Source of the DNA: Bugula neritina
Lineage: Eukaryota > Animalia > Bryozoa
Length of the DNA stretch: 64,000 nt
Direction of reading: 5' to 3'
Assembly (NCBI GenBank): GCA_964035545.1
Contig: OZ037769.1
Location: 11,872,633-11,936,632 of the forward strand
The first letter of the stretch is position 1. The number at the start of each line of letters is the position of its first letter. The notes below the pieces were generated by a model. It worked only from the letters and a program-made list of their open reading frames with translations. It had not been told where the DNA came from and did not search any database. Positions 42,142-55,040 of the stretch are shown piece by piece. A program made the position numbers and the translations under genes.

Positions 42142-42648
42142 TGTTATAATAATATGCTACAAGGTGAAAAATGAAACACAATGAGTGTTTAGTTGAGATT
42201 ATACTGAGTATCAGTGGAGCTTTCAGTGAGTTGCTGTTAGACAAACTAGTGTTGAGAGTCCTAATCTCTTAGTTTTTTAATTTTTTCGAATAAATACTTT
42301 CAAATATTTTATTGAGTAATAAAATGTTATTCTACTATTTTTCATTACAGAAAAAAAGTTATTGAAGTGAAATAATTTTTCCATAGATCTATCCTAAGCA
42401 GCTCTATGTAACTGTAGCTGACATAAATTGACAAACAATGCACACATTGTAATCAATCACAGCATATAAAGCTAGCTAGTATCCTATAGCCACCATATTG
42501 ATTTAAACATGGTAGCTATATTTATATTGTTAAAATGGTAAAGGATCTTATGCTACTTTCACAAGCATCCAAAATCATTTTTCAGAAATGTTCATTTAGT
42601 AGCTGTTTTGAGACCATCTATTGCATGAGTTTTGATATAGTACTTTAA

Positions 42649-43337
42649 CCCTTTGGCGATCAACTTTGAAGTTGCGTAATTTCAAGCCTCGTTTGAGTTT
42701 ATCGCGAAATTTGCTAACAACTTTTGCATAACTTTCAATTTCATTAAAAAAAAGTTACACTTGATTTTGGCCTTAATTAAACTGGATAATATAATTTTAA
42801 GAGTATTTTCTCTCATAAAAAGCTTCTTAAAGTGACGGGAGACCTCAATTCTAGCTAAAATCAATCATTTTAATTAGCCTCTCAAAACCGCCATTTTAAA
42901 ATTGAAAATTTAAAATGATAAAATTTATTTATAATATGATTCAAAATATTGTGAATTTAACATTTCTGTTTATTTAGATGTTCTTCTAAATGTAATCTGA
43001 ATAAAATAAACTGGCTCTCTATAATTTGACAGCAGTTTCATGCATTTGAAAGTAGCGTTAAAATTTACCGACAATTTTGAAATTTAGGGATTAAATTGAA
43101 AAGCAACTAGCTGGCTTGGTAGCTATTAATTTAATCAAATTTAATAGCTCTAATTATTCCAAAATTACTAAGCTGTCCTATCAACCTCAATTACAAAAAG
43201 TTTTAGGCTTTTCAGTTGAAAACTGGAAGTTTAAAGTAGGCGCTATTGTTTGTTTACCTAAAAGACCATATATGGTCCATTGATCTGTGGATAGTGTCGC
43301 TTTCAGGGACATATATGGTCCATTGATCGCGTAAGGG
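42649..43337. mobile_element. piggyBac-type non-autonomous element
   Basis: TTAA-CCCTTTGGCGATCAA ... TTGATCGCGTAAGGG-TTAA; duplicated subterminal CATATATGGTCCATTGATC. Confidence 0.85.
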
Positions 43338-43548
43338 TTAATTTGCCAAAACCAAATACATCTATTATCTTCTGTGTCTAAATAAATCTTTCAGGATTAA
43401 CAGGTGATATTTTGTCTCTGGTTTGAATATAGTCTAAAAACGCATTTTCAAAACTGAACACAACTGTAAATAATTTTCTATTTGTTTTAGTTTCCAGTGT
43501 CAAAAGAAGTCCTTAAACATCTTCCTGGAAATTTATCTGATTGCTAAT

Positions 43549-46500
43549 ATGGCACTCGTTCAAATATTTAAAAAACCAGAACTTGCTAAAGACAAAGGTT
43601 ATGCTTGGCTTATACTCTTCTTCTCGTTTCTATCTCACTTTGCACATATAGGATTTCTTTCCGGCACTGCTGGTAACTTGACCATAGCTCACCAGAAGGT
43701 CTTCAATATTGACCTTCAGAAAGGAAGTCTACTGGGAACCATTCACATCGGAGTGCTTCTACTGTTTGGTGAGTTTGTTATTTTAGCAGTACACTTGCAC
43801 TTACACACACACACCACCTGCACATAATATAGCGCACACAATACAGCGCACACAATACAGCGCACACAATACAGCGCACACAATACAGCGCACACAATAC
43901 AGCGCACACAATACAGCGCACACAATACAGCGCACACAATACAGCGCACACAATACAGCACACAATACAGCACACAATACAGCACACAATACAGCACACA
44001 ATACAGCACACAATACAGCACACAATACAGCACACAATACAGCACACAATACAGCACACAATACAGCACAGATACTATATGGTAGGTATACAATGTATAT
44101 TGTATGATATAAACCATGTGTTAGCTAATGCATGATATATGATAATCGTACATTTATAATTGTTCTTTTGATAGTTCTTACATGATGGTATTTACTATAT
44201 TATAGCCCATAATATTATATAATATAATGTAATACTGGTCAGATCTCTGTTGGTTTTAATCATATCATTCTAGATATTTATGTCTTTATAGATTTTTGAT
44301 TTATACATTTTATAATCAAATGAGGAAATTGGTGACTATTAAATTTTGGTAACTGCCAACATCTGTCAACAAGAATAACAAGTTAGGCAATAAATATGTC
44401 AGAATTATTTACGAAATATAGTTAAATAACAGATATGTAATACAAGGTATAGAATATAAGTAAAAAACTGATTTCTTCCAGTTGAGTGAGTCAAAGGTTA
44501 TTACCCTCGAAAGGCATTTGATTGAATTGTTAAAATGAAAGCTCAAGGATTTATGTTAACAAAAACCCTGGTGTATAAAAAGCTTGCATTTCCCAATTAA
44601 AATAGTTTAAAAGGAATATTTGAAATTAATTAGGGAAATAGTTCCTTTTTTATTGTTCTGTATTACAACTGGTACTATTTAATCACATGCTTTGGTGACT
44701 TGCATGCTTTTGCTTTTTCTGTTTTTGAGTGCTGAAAACTAATTAAAGCAACCCTATAGATGTCTACACCACAGTTAGTGTGGGGATAAATGTAATACTT
44801 CATAATGATAGTGCATATAGCAAAGTTTTTCCTAAAAATAATAACTAACTTTTTTGTTTGTATCAAGCAATTATCTCACTTATGTGTTGCAGATAATCAA
44901 ACACTTTTTGCTTTATGGCCATTTAAAAAGGCAGTGCAGTATTTCTATAACAAAGTTTGAATGAAAGTGGGCTGCAGTTTTCTGAGCTGCTTTATTCAAT
45001 TTTAGACTGTGATGAATCATAGTGTATACAGTACTATACATTTTCACAGGCATCCTGCTCCATCTGCACCAATTAATTACATAAAAATGTATACCTAAAA
45101 TTCTTTAAGGATTTTCATAGCAGCCAAACAACTGTTTAATTACTGCTTCATAATAGCCAACATGATTACTCAGATAACCCTTATAGCTAGTATAATGGTT
45201 AGCAATTTAGCTTGACACTTAGAAGTCTGCCATTAGATACTTGGTGGAAACCGATGTTTTGCAAATATATAGTCGAATAAATTAAAAAAAACCAAAGCTC
45301 TTATATATGTTTTCAACTTTATGTTATTTGTTTTTAAGCTAAATGATTACCTTTCAGAAATCAATAAGAGGTAAACTAAAAGTTCATAGTTGCTGTAACC
45401 TATAAAAACATGGTTTGCATAAAGAGAAGCACGTCTATAAAACGTTTATAGACGTGCTTCTCTTTTTATGTTTGCACAGGGCCCATAGCTTCTGTGTTGA
45501 TAAAGAAGTTTGGTTGCAGAGCTACACAGATATTTGGAGGAGCCTGTATTCTAGTTGGTGTTGCTCTTTCAGCTTTATCTAGGCAGATGTGGCATGCCGT
45601 CATTCTGTACAGTGTCCTTGCAGGTACTCTTTGGGAACACTTAATGTCTCATAACTAAAAAAGCCTAATTATCCGCTTATGCATAGTTTGCTTCAAAATT
45701 ATATCAAAATTATTTGAAACGGTTATTGAAGCTCTTCATAAGATATACTGGCAAGAGTCACCACTTTCCAACAGATCTGTATTGATAAGGCAACTCCTAA
45801 AACTGATGGTTTAAAGTATTTATACTACTATGCTGTAGGTACAGGAATGTCCTGCTGCTACTCAGCTAGCTCCTCCATTTTAATTCTTTACTTTGAACGA
45901 TTCAAGTATATAGCTTTCTCTGTGGCAATGCTTGGAGGTTACATCGGAGTAGTAACATGGCCACTCATATCACAATACTTGCTGAGTAAATTTGGTTACT
46001 CCGTTGCCATGGGGATTATGTCAACATTCAGCATAATACACTTGCTTGCTGGATTATCTTTTAAGGATCCTCATTTGGAGAACAAAGGCACAGGTATTAC
46101 ACAAGTAAAATAGTTGTCTAGAGATCTAAAAGTTTGAAGGTAAAAATGGATGTACTAACTTTAAATAGACATAATGCATAGACAAGTTTTGAAAGAAAGC
46201 ATTTATCAGTTGTTTAATTTGTCTAAGAATACTGATAAATATAAACACTAGGCTTATATAAGTTTAGCTAGGTTTTGACATGCTTGATTATGCATCTACT
46301 AATTAAAAAAATAAACTAACAATAAAATCAATATTATAGGACAATGAATGCAAACTTTTGTTTAGAAAATAATGTAGAATATGAATTTTAAAAGAAAAAA
46401 ATTTGATGTGAACTGTTCCAAAAGTTATATTATAGTTGCATGTTGAAACTATATGTGTTCTTATGCAAGATGCCCAATGAGAGACAATACAATATTGCCT

Positions 46501-49500
46501 GATTGAGTTGATTTTTTCTCTTGAATACGTTGCAATCAAACAATCCCTTAACTTGCATGTTCTTTGTTTAACAATACTTTTTGAAATTTTGTAACTGGGC
46601 TGATAGAATAATTTGGCAGTATCTTTGTTTACATGTTTCAGTTTAATGTAAATTAATTCTAAGCATTCTGTAACACTGTCTGGATCATCAAAGAGTCCCT
46701 GTTTAAAACTTCTACAAATAAAAAAAACATAAGAAACTAATTATATACGTAATTAGAAATATAATAAAATAAATAAGAAGTTTGTATATATGGATTAAAA
46801 AAGTTAAACCATAAAGTACAATATTCTTAAACCTGCTTATAGTGATGGCTAAGAAAATGAGAATGGATAAAAGTGCATTAAAGATGCACAGGGACAAAAT
46901 TTATTACATGATGTATTAAAACTTTACAGAAAACAACTTGAAACTGTCAAATGAAGATAAAAGAAAAGCTAGAGTATCTGCTGACAGAGATGCAGATGAT
47001 TGTGTTGACAACAAATTAGCTGCTGGGTTCATTGAGGTGATGATATATATAATTGGCAGCAGTTGGATAATAAACTCAAACTAGAATGATCATAAACCAG
47101 TCATCTACTCTAATGGTTTGAACTCCTCAGGTTTTTTAAAAACAAAAAAAAATCTAAATGAAAACTGGTTCACAATTGCATGTCTATTATTGTGATTCAG
47201 ACCAATGCAACCGACAATATTGAAGCTGTGGAGTCAAACTCAGAAACCACTGTCACAGAAACTGAAGAAGCACCAGAAGTAGCTGCAGAGGAAAAGAAAA
47301 CTCTCCGTCAAGAGTTTGTGACTTTGTTCAAATTATCAGAGGTGTGTCAAGTTTATTTGCACAATAAATGATGTAATTTTTTTTTCTAGAAAAACTATAA
47401 TGCAATAAATGCAATTCAATTCAAATAATCATTTGAGACAAATTGTAAGAGTTTTACAAATTTCCATGCTTGTAATTCCATTGAACATCAAATTAAGCTC
47501 AAACAAAATAAATATAATAGTTTTCCCTAGCTGAGACACCATTATACAATATAATATATATCAGTATGACATTTTCTATATAATTAAAATACTATAAACA
47601 CAATAGCAAAATAGAAAAAAATATAAGACTTGAAACCCGTTGGCAGGTCTGGTTGTTGGTAATTAGTGGAATATTCTGGAATGCCGCTGGCTCTGGTTAT
47701 GTTGTTCTCATCAATGACTATATTGTTAACAACACTGATCTCAATGAACTAGAAGCTGCCCTGGGAATAACTATAGCAGGTAAAATTGATGTAACCATGT
47801 TATATATGCTATAGATTCAGTGTATTTATTGATGTGAATAAAATAAAATTTGCTTGCAAAAATGAACAAATTCATCCTTCAGGAAAATATTTTTTAGCTA
47901 TATACACATGTTTTAAAATGACTGTCACTAAACAGTGAAAAATATTTACTACTTAAAAATTTGTTTTCAAAATTTTAAAAACAAAACTTAAAAGTTTTGT
48001 TTTATAATTGCATGTACATTATGGTTTTTAAAATAACTTTACTCTTTAAAAACCTTTGCACAATCTAGGTTCAACTAGCTGTCACAATTTCTGATGGCAA
48101 AGCAACCTCTATTAAAAATTTTATTTTGCATCTTTTCTACAAAGATGTAAAAATTAATGCTTGATACTTTGAAATTATAATGAGAACTTTATTTTCTCTA
48201 ATTATATTATTATTACTATTATAATAAAAATGATTAGTTTTGTTGATGTGAATTATTAGTTAGTGATTTGTTGAGTTTGCATAAAGTGAATGTTCATATT
48301 ATCATGATTTGGCTCAGCATCAAGGCACATGCTTGTATCTATATGTAGTATTTTGTTGTGACTTTTTTTATAGGAGTTGCCAACATCATAGCCTGCATTT
48401 GTGTAGCTCTTACGGGTTCTCTCAAGTTCAACAGATTTATTCTCTACGCGTGTTCCGTCTCTCTGGCTACCATTGGAATTTTTATTGCACCATTTGCCAC
48501 CACCAAGGTGAGATACAACCTTGGTTGAGAAATATAAAGAAAGATATTTTAGCCTTGAAAATAATCAACACAGTTTTGATTTTTCTTGTTTTCATCTGAA
48601 AACTCATAGTTCTTCTGTTAGACAAGTTAGTTTTTCTTTTCTCAAGTTAATAAATCAAAGCGGATTATGGGCAACATATGTTGAGATATAATGTGTAATT
48701 GACCATTTCCATGCTTCCCCTTTAAAATTTAAATCTTTAGAAACACAAAAACCAGCTAATTCACATCTTTAATTTAAATAATTTTATAATTGGTAAAAAT
48801 AATTCACCGGCAATCTTTGTTTTGTTTGCAACATTCAAGTTTTGAGTGTCACTATAAAAATTATCAAAAATTTTAGAATTTGACAGAAATTGTTTTTTTA
48901 ATTTTTTCCTATGTCAGTGAACGGAGTAACAAAACCCAATCTAGGTAAAACAAAATTTTTTATGAGAGAGAGTAGGTAGTAATTGACAGTCTCATATATA
49001 ATATATTATGTGTAAAGTGAGAAAATGGATGGTTCATACTCAATTTAAATATTCAATATATGCAAATGCATTAAATCAATTTAATCAATTAAATTACTTG
49101 ATTATACTACCAAAAAGTGTAGGATGATTATTGCTGCAGGCAGTCTATTACACTTCAACCTCACTCTACGGCTTAGGAATAGGATTTGCTATAGCCACCA
49201 TCCTAGCAGTTGTTAGTGACTTGTGTTCAGTCAGTCAACTGCCACTACTTTTTGGTATAGAGTGTTTTTCAGAAGGTTTGGGAGGTCTCTCTTTAATCCC
49301 TGTTGCTGGTAAGTGAGTTGAGGAACTTGATTTTTGTGAAGATTTATATTTCTATCATTAATAGGTATATAGGCTACTATATTTTTTTAAAATCATAAGT
49401 GTCTCATAGTAAACTTAATTTGATCATATTCTTTGCGGAATTTCTTTTTCTTTAAAACTCAAATAAATAACTTTAGAATTGTATACTGCAGTAATTTCTT

Positions 49501-50122
49501 ACTTTTCTTTATATTTTACATTAAAATATTCTATTTCAAAATCAACTTAATTGCTGTTGCTAAATATTCTAATAAGGAATAACGATGACTTATATGTATA
49601 ATATCAATTCAGCAGAGCAACTTTGTATATTTTCCTCATCTTAGTAGTATGTATAGCCAGTGTTTTATGCTTCTAAACAATTGTTGTCTATAATACTCAC
49701 CTATTGCGGCAGCTAACAGTGATAAAGTTATGCAGCATTATATCATATGTAGCTGGTGTCCATTCAGAATTATTCTATCAATTAGCTGACTGCAACATCA
49801 TAAGCAGGCAGATAATGCTGGATTGTGACTTAATTGAAGATGTGCACAAAGTTGTATAAGCAAATTTGCTTGAAATACGGATTGTGCAATTGTCTTTCGC
49901 TAATACTTATATAGAAGCTATATCTAAAAATCCTAATACTGCAGAAAGCAACTTCTATAGACAATGCTGCTCTAAATATTAAGTAAATGTGACTCTATTA
50001 CAGCTTACATAGCCGAAAACACAGAAGAGAAATACGGGCTCTTGTTTGTGGGCAGTTGTGGAGTTGTAGGAGCCCTGGCAATGCTGGCTATAGTTATACT
50101 CAATGCAAGAAAAAGAAGATAA
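43549..50122 (+). CDS. SLC16/monocarboxylate-transporter-like MFS protein, copy 3 (9 exons, 473 aa)
   Basis: Exons 43549-43768, 45480-45623, 45839-46093, 46930-47036, 47201-47341, 47647-47779, 48374-48507, 49140-49308, 50004-50122 sum to 1422 nt; same intron phases as copy 2. Confidence 0.9.
43831..44070. repeat. Minisatellite: 14-bp AGCGCACACAATAC units switching to 12-bp AGCACACAATAC units
   Basis: Direct inspection, intron 1 of copy 3. Confidence 0.93.
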
Positions 50123-52784
50123 TTCCTAAAAGAAATTTAGACATTATGTGCAATACCCATAATGCAAAACATATCATTATTTTATAGCATTTTCCATTTT
50201 TGTTAAGTTTCTTGTGTTCCAATGTTTTATGATATTCTTGGCATTTTAAAATAAAAAAACTAATAAAGTATAATTATGAAGAAGATCTGGCTTAGTTTGT
50301 TGAAAAAATAAGAGATATAATGTTGAAGTCTGCTTATGTTTTATTACCAACATTGCCATGATAGCAACATGAACTTCTTGTGCTCGTATCAACAGAATGT
50401 TCTGCTTAGTACGTTGTAAAATGGACGATTAACAGAAAAAAATCTCTATTCAGAAGTTATATAATGTAGTTCATTCAAAGTTATCTAAAGAAATCTGTGA
50501 TGGTAATATAGAGATCTTTTGATTCAGTTTAACTGCTCTGGTGTTGTGTGGGAGTGCGAGGCCACTGCAATCTTGTTTTAATGGTTGATTTTGTTTTTTT
50601 TTCATGATTATAATATTAGTTTGCTACATTTTTATGTGCTTTTAACAGAAAAAGCTGACTAATAATAAAATGGCAAATCTTTAGGACATTATGAGTCACA
50701 CGTATATTAAGTAAATATAATAGTTCTAACATCAAAATAGGTTCAGTTATTTTCATTACTCATACATTAAATTGAACCCGTGGACCATGTTAACTCTGCA
50801 ATATCATAAACATTTCCCTTGTGTTTATTATAGTAACTGCAAAGCCACCATTGTTTCAGTAGACTGGCATTTAGAAAGTAGATACTCAGATGTGTAATTT
50901 CATATGTTGATCAATGATACCAACTGCATAGCCATCCACAACAAAATTAAGTAATTGTTAATTACTTAGTAAAATTAAAGTAGCATAACTATATTATAAT
51001 AATTAGAAGTGTTCTGTTGCTAGTTGGTCACTTAAAGAATTTCTAAGAATTCAGGCTATAGCAGAGTAAATTTGTATAATTATTTGCTCTGCATGTAATA
51101 CTAGAGTTACGTTCTCTTCTTCATTAAATCTTCTAATGAAACTTCGAGGCATGACTTTTTAAAAACAAAACCCTTGTTACCAAGACTGATTATATTGAAT
51201 GCAAAATGTAATATGCTTAGAACATTGCTGTTATTGCATCCTCCTTAAGCAGATTGGTAAAGAACAGAAGTATATGGGTGTTTAATTTCAAATGTCAATA
51301 TTATATTTAAATTATCATTCCTTTACCTACTGCCTTCATGAGCTTTTTCAAATCACATCTTTTTAATTTTATAGTCATTATTTGAAAAAAAATTACAGTG
51401 AAGCTTGTAAAGTTTTTTTTGCGCTAGACTGTGGGCTTGGGAACTGCACTTCATTTGGGCCAGGGCTCATTTCTGGTTCACTATACTAGATATTATTGCT
51501 AACTCGATTGCAAAGCTGAAACGACTCAGCTTTACTCAGCTATATATGCTGCATTGAAGAATAGCCTTTATTTTAGGCTATTTAACTGAAATGCACAGAC
51601 AATGTATAGAAAGTCTAACAAGAAAAGGAGTTTATTCATTGCTAGGGCTCTAGGTACTTAACCTCCGGCTGTAACAGATCACATTTGGAAGGTTTCAGCT
51701 TCAGACCGGCACCTCTGAGTCGATTGAAAACCTTCCTCAAACGGCTGATGTGAGTCATGAAGTCCGGGAGATCACGATGACATCATCGAGGTAGATGATC
51801 AGCATCTTCTAGTAGAGCCCACTAAAAACCTGCTCCATGAGTCTTTGAAAAGTGGCCGGGGGGTAAAGTCAACTCGAATGGCAGCACCTTCCGTTTCCAG
51901 AACTCGTTCCGCATTATAAACGCAGCCTTATCCTGGGCGTCAGGACTCAAGGGGACCTGCCAGTACCCGCTGAGCAAGTTTAACACGCTGATGTACTTGC
52001 TACCGACCAGGGCGTCTAGAGACTTATCAATGCGGGGAAGGGGGTATGCGTCCTGTACAGTTACGCTATTGAGCTTGCGATAATCAACACAGAACCACGA
52101 AATCCCGCCTTTCTTTTGGACAAAAATGACCGGCGAGCTCAACGCACCATGTGCTGGCTCTATTAGGCCGCGGTCCAGAAAATCCCGGATTTGTCGACTA
52201 ACCTCCTTTTCCTGTTCTGGCCCCAACCTACAAGTAGGTTGCCGGATCGGGACTGTTCCCGCAGCCAAGGTAGTCTCATGGCAGACAGCCTGAGTCTGAC
52301 CTGCGTCATGGTCCCCACTGCTGAACACGTCCTTGTACTTCCGCAGCAACTTTGCCATAGCCAGGCGTTCCTCGTTGCTCATGCAGCCCTGACAGGCTTT
52401 TTTGTACAAGTCCTTGACGTGTGTCGAGACCGGTTCCTGACCTCCTTGCGGGGGTGGACAAAGGTTATCTGTCGCCTCGCCTAACGACGGCCCCACATCT
52501 CCTTCTTGGATGAAGTGAAATCAGTTCACCATGAACTCGGCCGGCAGCTCTACTGACTCCGTGAAGGGTTTAACGCACTGCGTTGAGATCTCTCTTTGCG
52601 CAGTCAGCTGATTTAAGCTGCTGGCAAATTGCATTCCATCGTCAACGCTCTCCATCACTCCCAGTTTGGAGATTGGCCTACTATTTACCCTGCAGTGAAT
52701 GGTGGCACGAGAGCAGCCAAGTATCGTACAGCTCTCTACTACCTGCACGCCTCCCAAAAGTGGACGGTCAAACTTGTTGACACA

Positions 52785-53541
52785 CACAAGATAGTTAAGG
52801 GCAACCTTTTAGCTGCAACTGCCTTGCTGAGGTTTGCATTGTAATCATATAAGAATTCAGTACCAGTAAAATAAAATCCCACCTAATTGTGCTAGAGTCA
52901 AAATTTAAAAACTATGTTGTAGATCTTCTTTTTCCCCAGTGTAAATTTTTTGGAAATTTCAATTTTCTTTTTCTTTTGCAAAGTTATAGACAAAAAACTG
53001 CCCAATTTTGGCCAATTTTGCCTGAAAAGCTGTCTTTTCAGTACCAGTAAAATATCTCAGCAGCAAAGCATGATATCTGAATAAAAATTGCACTGCTGGA
53101 ATCCTGAGATATTTCTCCAGTGCAAATTTTTTTCTTTTTCCAATAACTCTTCTAGATTGCCCATAAATTGGTGATTTATACACTGAAAATGCCATATTTT
53201 TTCATGGGTAATTAGCAGCGCGCAGCACTTCACGCTTCAATGAGCGCATAGGGATGAGAAGATATTGGCGGGTACATCCTAATTACAGGCTTGCTAGCCG
53301 ACAGGCTATAATGAATAGCTTGCTTTGTACTTTGTTTATGTAGCACCCATAATGGAATGTTGATAGATAACACAGCCCTAATGAAGGTTGCTGCTTATTG
53401 GTTGTAGTTTGATCTTAGGCTAAACAATTGCAAGTAGGCAACATGCATGCCACCCGCAGAGCAATATTATTCAAGAACCTAAACTACATTTTGAGAGAAA
53501 ATTATGATATTCTTAGTGAGGATGCCCTTAACTATCCTGTG
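52785..53541. mobile_element. CAC...GTG MITE, copy 2 (inside the Gypsy element)
   Basis: Same sequence family as 6824-7579; TSD CA. Confidence 0.92.
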
Positions 53542-55022
53542 CAGGTGAGCTCTTGCTAAAGTCATTATGGCATTCGTATCTCTTTAAGAATAGCATCCCA
53601 AGGATAGCATCCTCCTAGAGTTTACTAAGAATGAACGTCTCTCGAATCGCTTGTTTCCGGGCACGTTCCGTCAGCTCAACTGTACCATAAAAAAGAATAC
53701 ACAACCACCAACGTGCCGGTCTCTTCATGATGTGGCTTTAGACCAGCCTTGTCTCTAGTGCTGAGGGTGTCAAAGAGCTGACGGCTTAGGAGGTTAGTGG
53801 TACACCCTGAGTTCATAAGGAAGGTGACAGCTTTACCGGCTATCTTGCCCGGTAAGAAGTAGCTGCTCCGTAGGGTTGTACCCGCACTCCCCTTGTGCGC
53901 TCGGTCTTTGTAGGAGACACCTCTCTCGCTTTCAGCTCAGGCTTGCCTGTCCTCTGTCGGTTGTGGACAGGTTTTTAAGAGGAAGGATACATTCCACCAG
54001 ACGCTATGTCCTGTTCCCCCTTTGACTCTGGCTCAGACAACCTGCTGAAGCTATTGCAGAGTGACAAGATGAATGTGTCATGCTAGCCGTAAGGCTTGCC
54101 TGTCCAGCGACCAACCACTACATTTCCAGCATGTGGCAGTTAATCGCCACCGCAGCGCCGCCTCAACCTCAAGGGTCTCTGGGCGAGGCTTGCCTGCTTT
54201 GACTGAACTAGCCCCGCCACCAGCTTCTTTACCATCTTGGTCATGCAAGTGACCTCAGCATCAAGTAGAGAGCTTGCGGTGACCGCCACTACGTGAGCAA
54301 TAAATGTAGAGTCATAGTGATCTTTTAGCTAATCTACATGGACTTGTTGGGAGCTCACGCGACCTCTGTGTAGCTGAGTAGCTAACAGCTAGGCCTCACC
54401 CCTCATGCAATGCGTCTTCGACCGTCGCGACTCCCCTCGCTAAAAACTGGTGATGGAGACCGAGGTTGCTAATAGACTGCACCAAAGCGTCAAAGGTGTA
54501 CCGCTTTTGGTTAACAGGTGACAAGTCACTGTATGCGATCTGTGCCAGCTTTTAAGTGACATGCTTCTGTAAGGAGGTGCGCGGGTCGCGTAGCAACCCT
54601 TGCAGACAGACCCTGACATCTATAGAAATGCCGAAGTGCGCCGTAGTGCAGCAAAGATACCGTCAATGTTAGGTCCTAGCCCATAGGGCTTGGCCTTATC
54701 AGTCAACGCCAGCCGCAGTTGTATTAGGGCTATACGGGGTGGCTACGGGGTGGCCACTGAGTGACGGCTGCCACGTCATTGACTTCCTAGATGAATTGTT
54801 CGACTTCCTCACCGCCAGTAAAGACAGGGGCTTTTAGGCGGTACCAGTACACCTCCTCATCTCATCGCAATGGGTCCTTTCAAACTACTGAATTTATAGG
54901 CTCACCTTCGTTTCGTTGTGGAGGTTGTACAGGTCCCTCTGCCACTGCGGGTACTCCAGTACCGGGCTCTGTCATGGTCATCCTGATTTACTGTTCAGAT
55001 AGCAGTTGCATTGCACATAATT

Positions 55023-55040
55023 ATCCCATCGCTGCCACCA
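55023..55040 (-). other. Primer-binding site complementary to the tRNA-Leu 3' end
   Basis: Minus strand TGGTGGCAGCGATGGGAT directly after the LTR; close to the complement of the ...AUCCCACCGCUGCCACCA end of eukaryotic tRNA-Leu. Confidence 0.75.
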
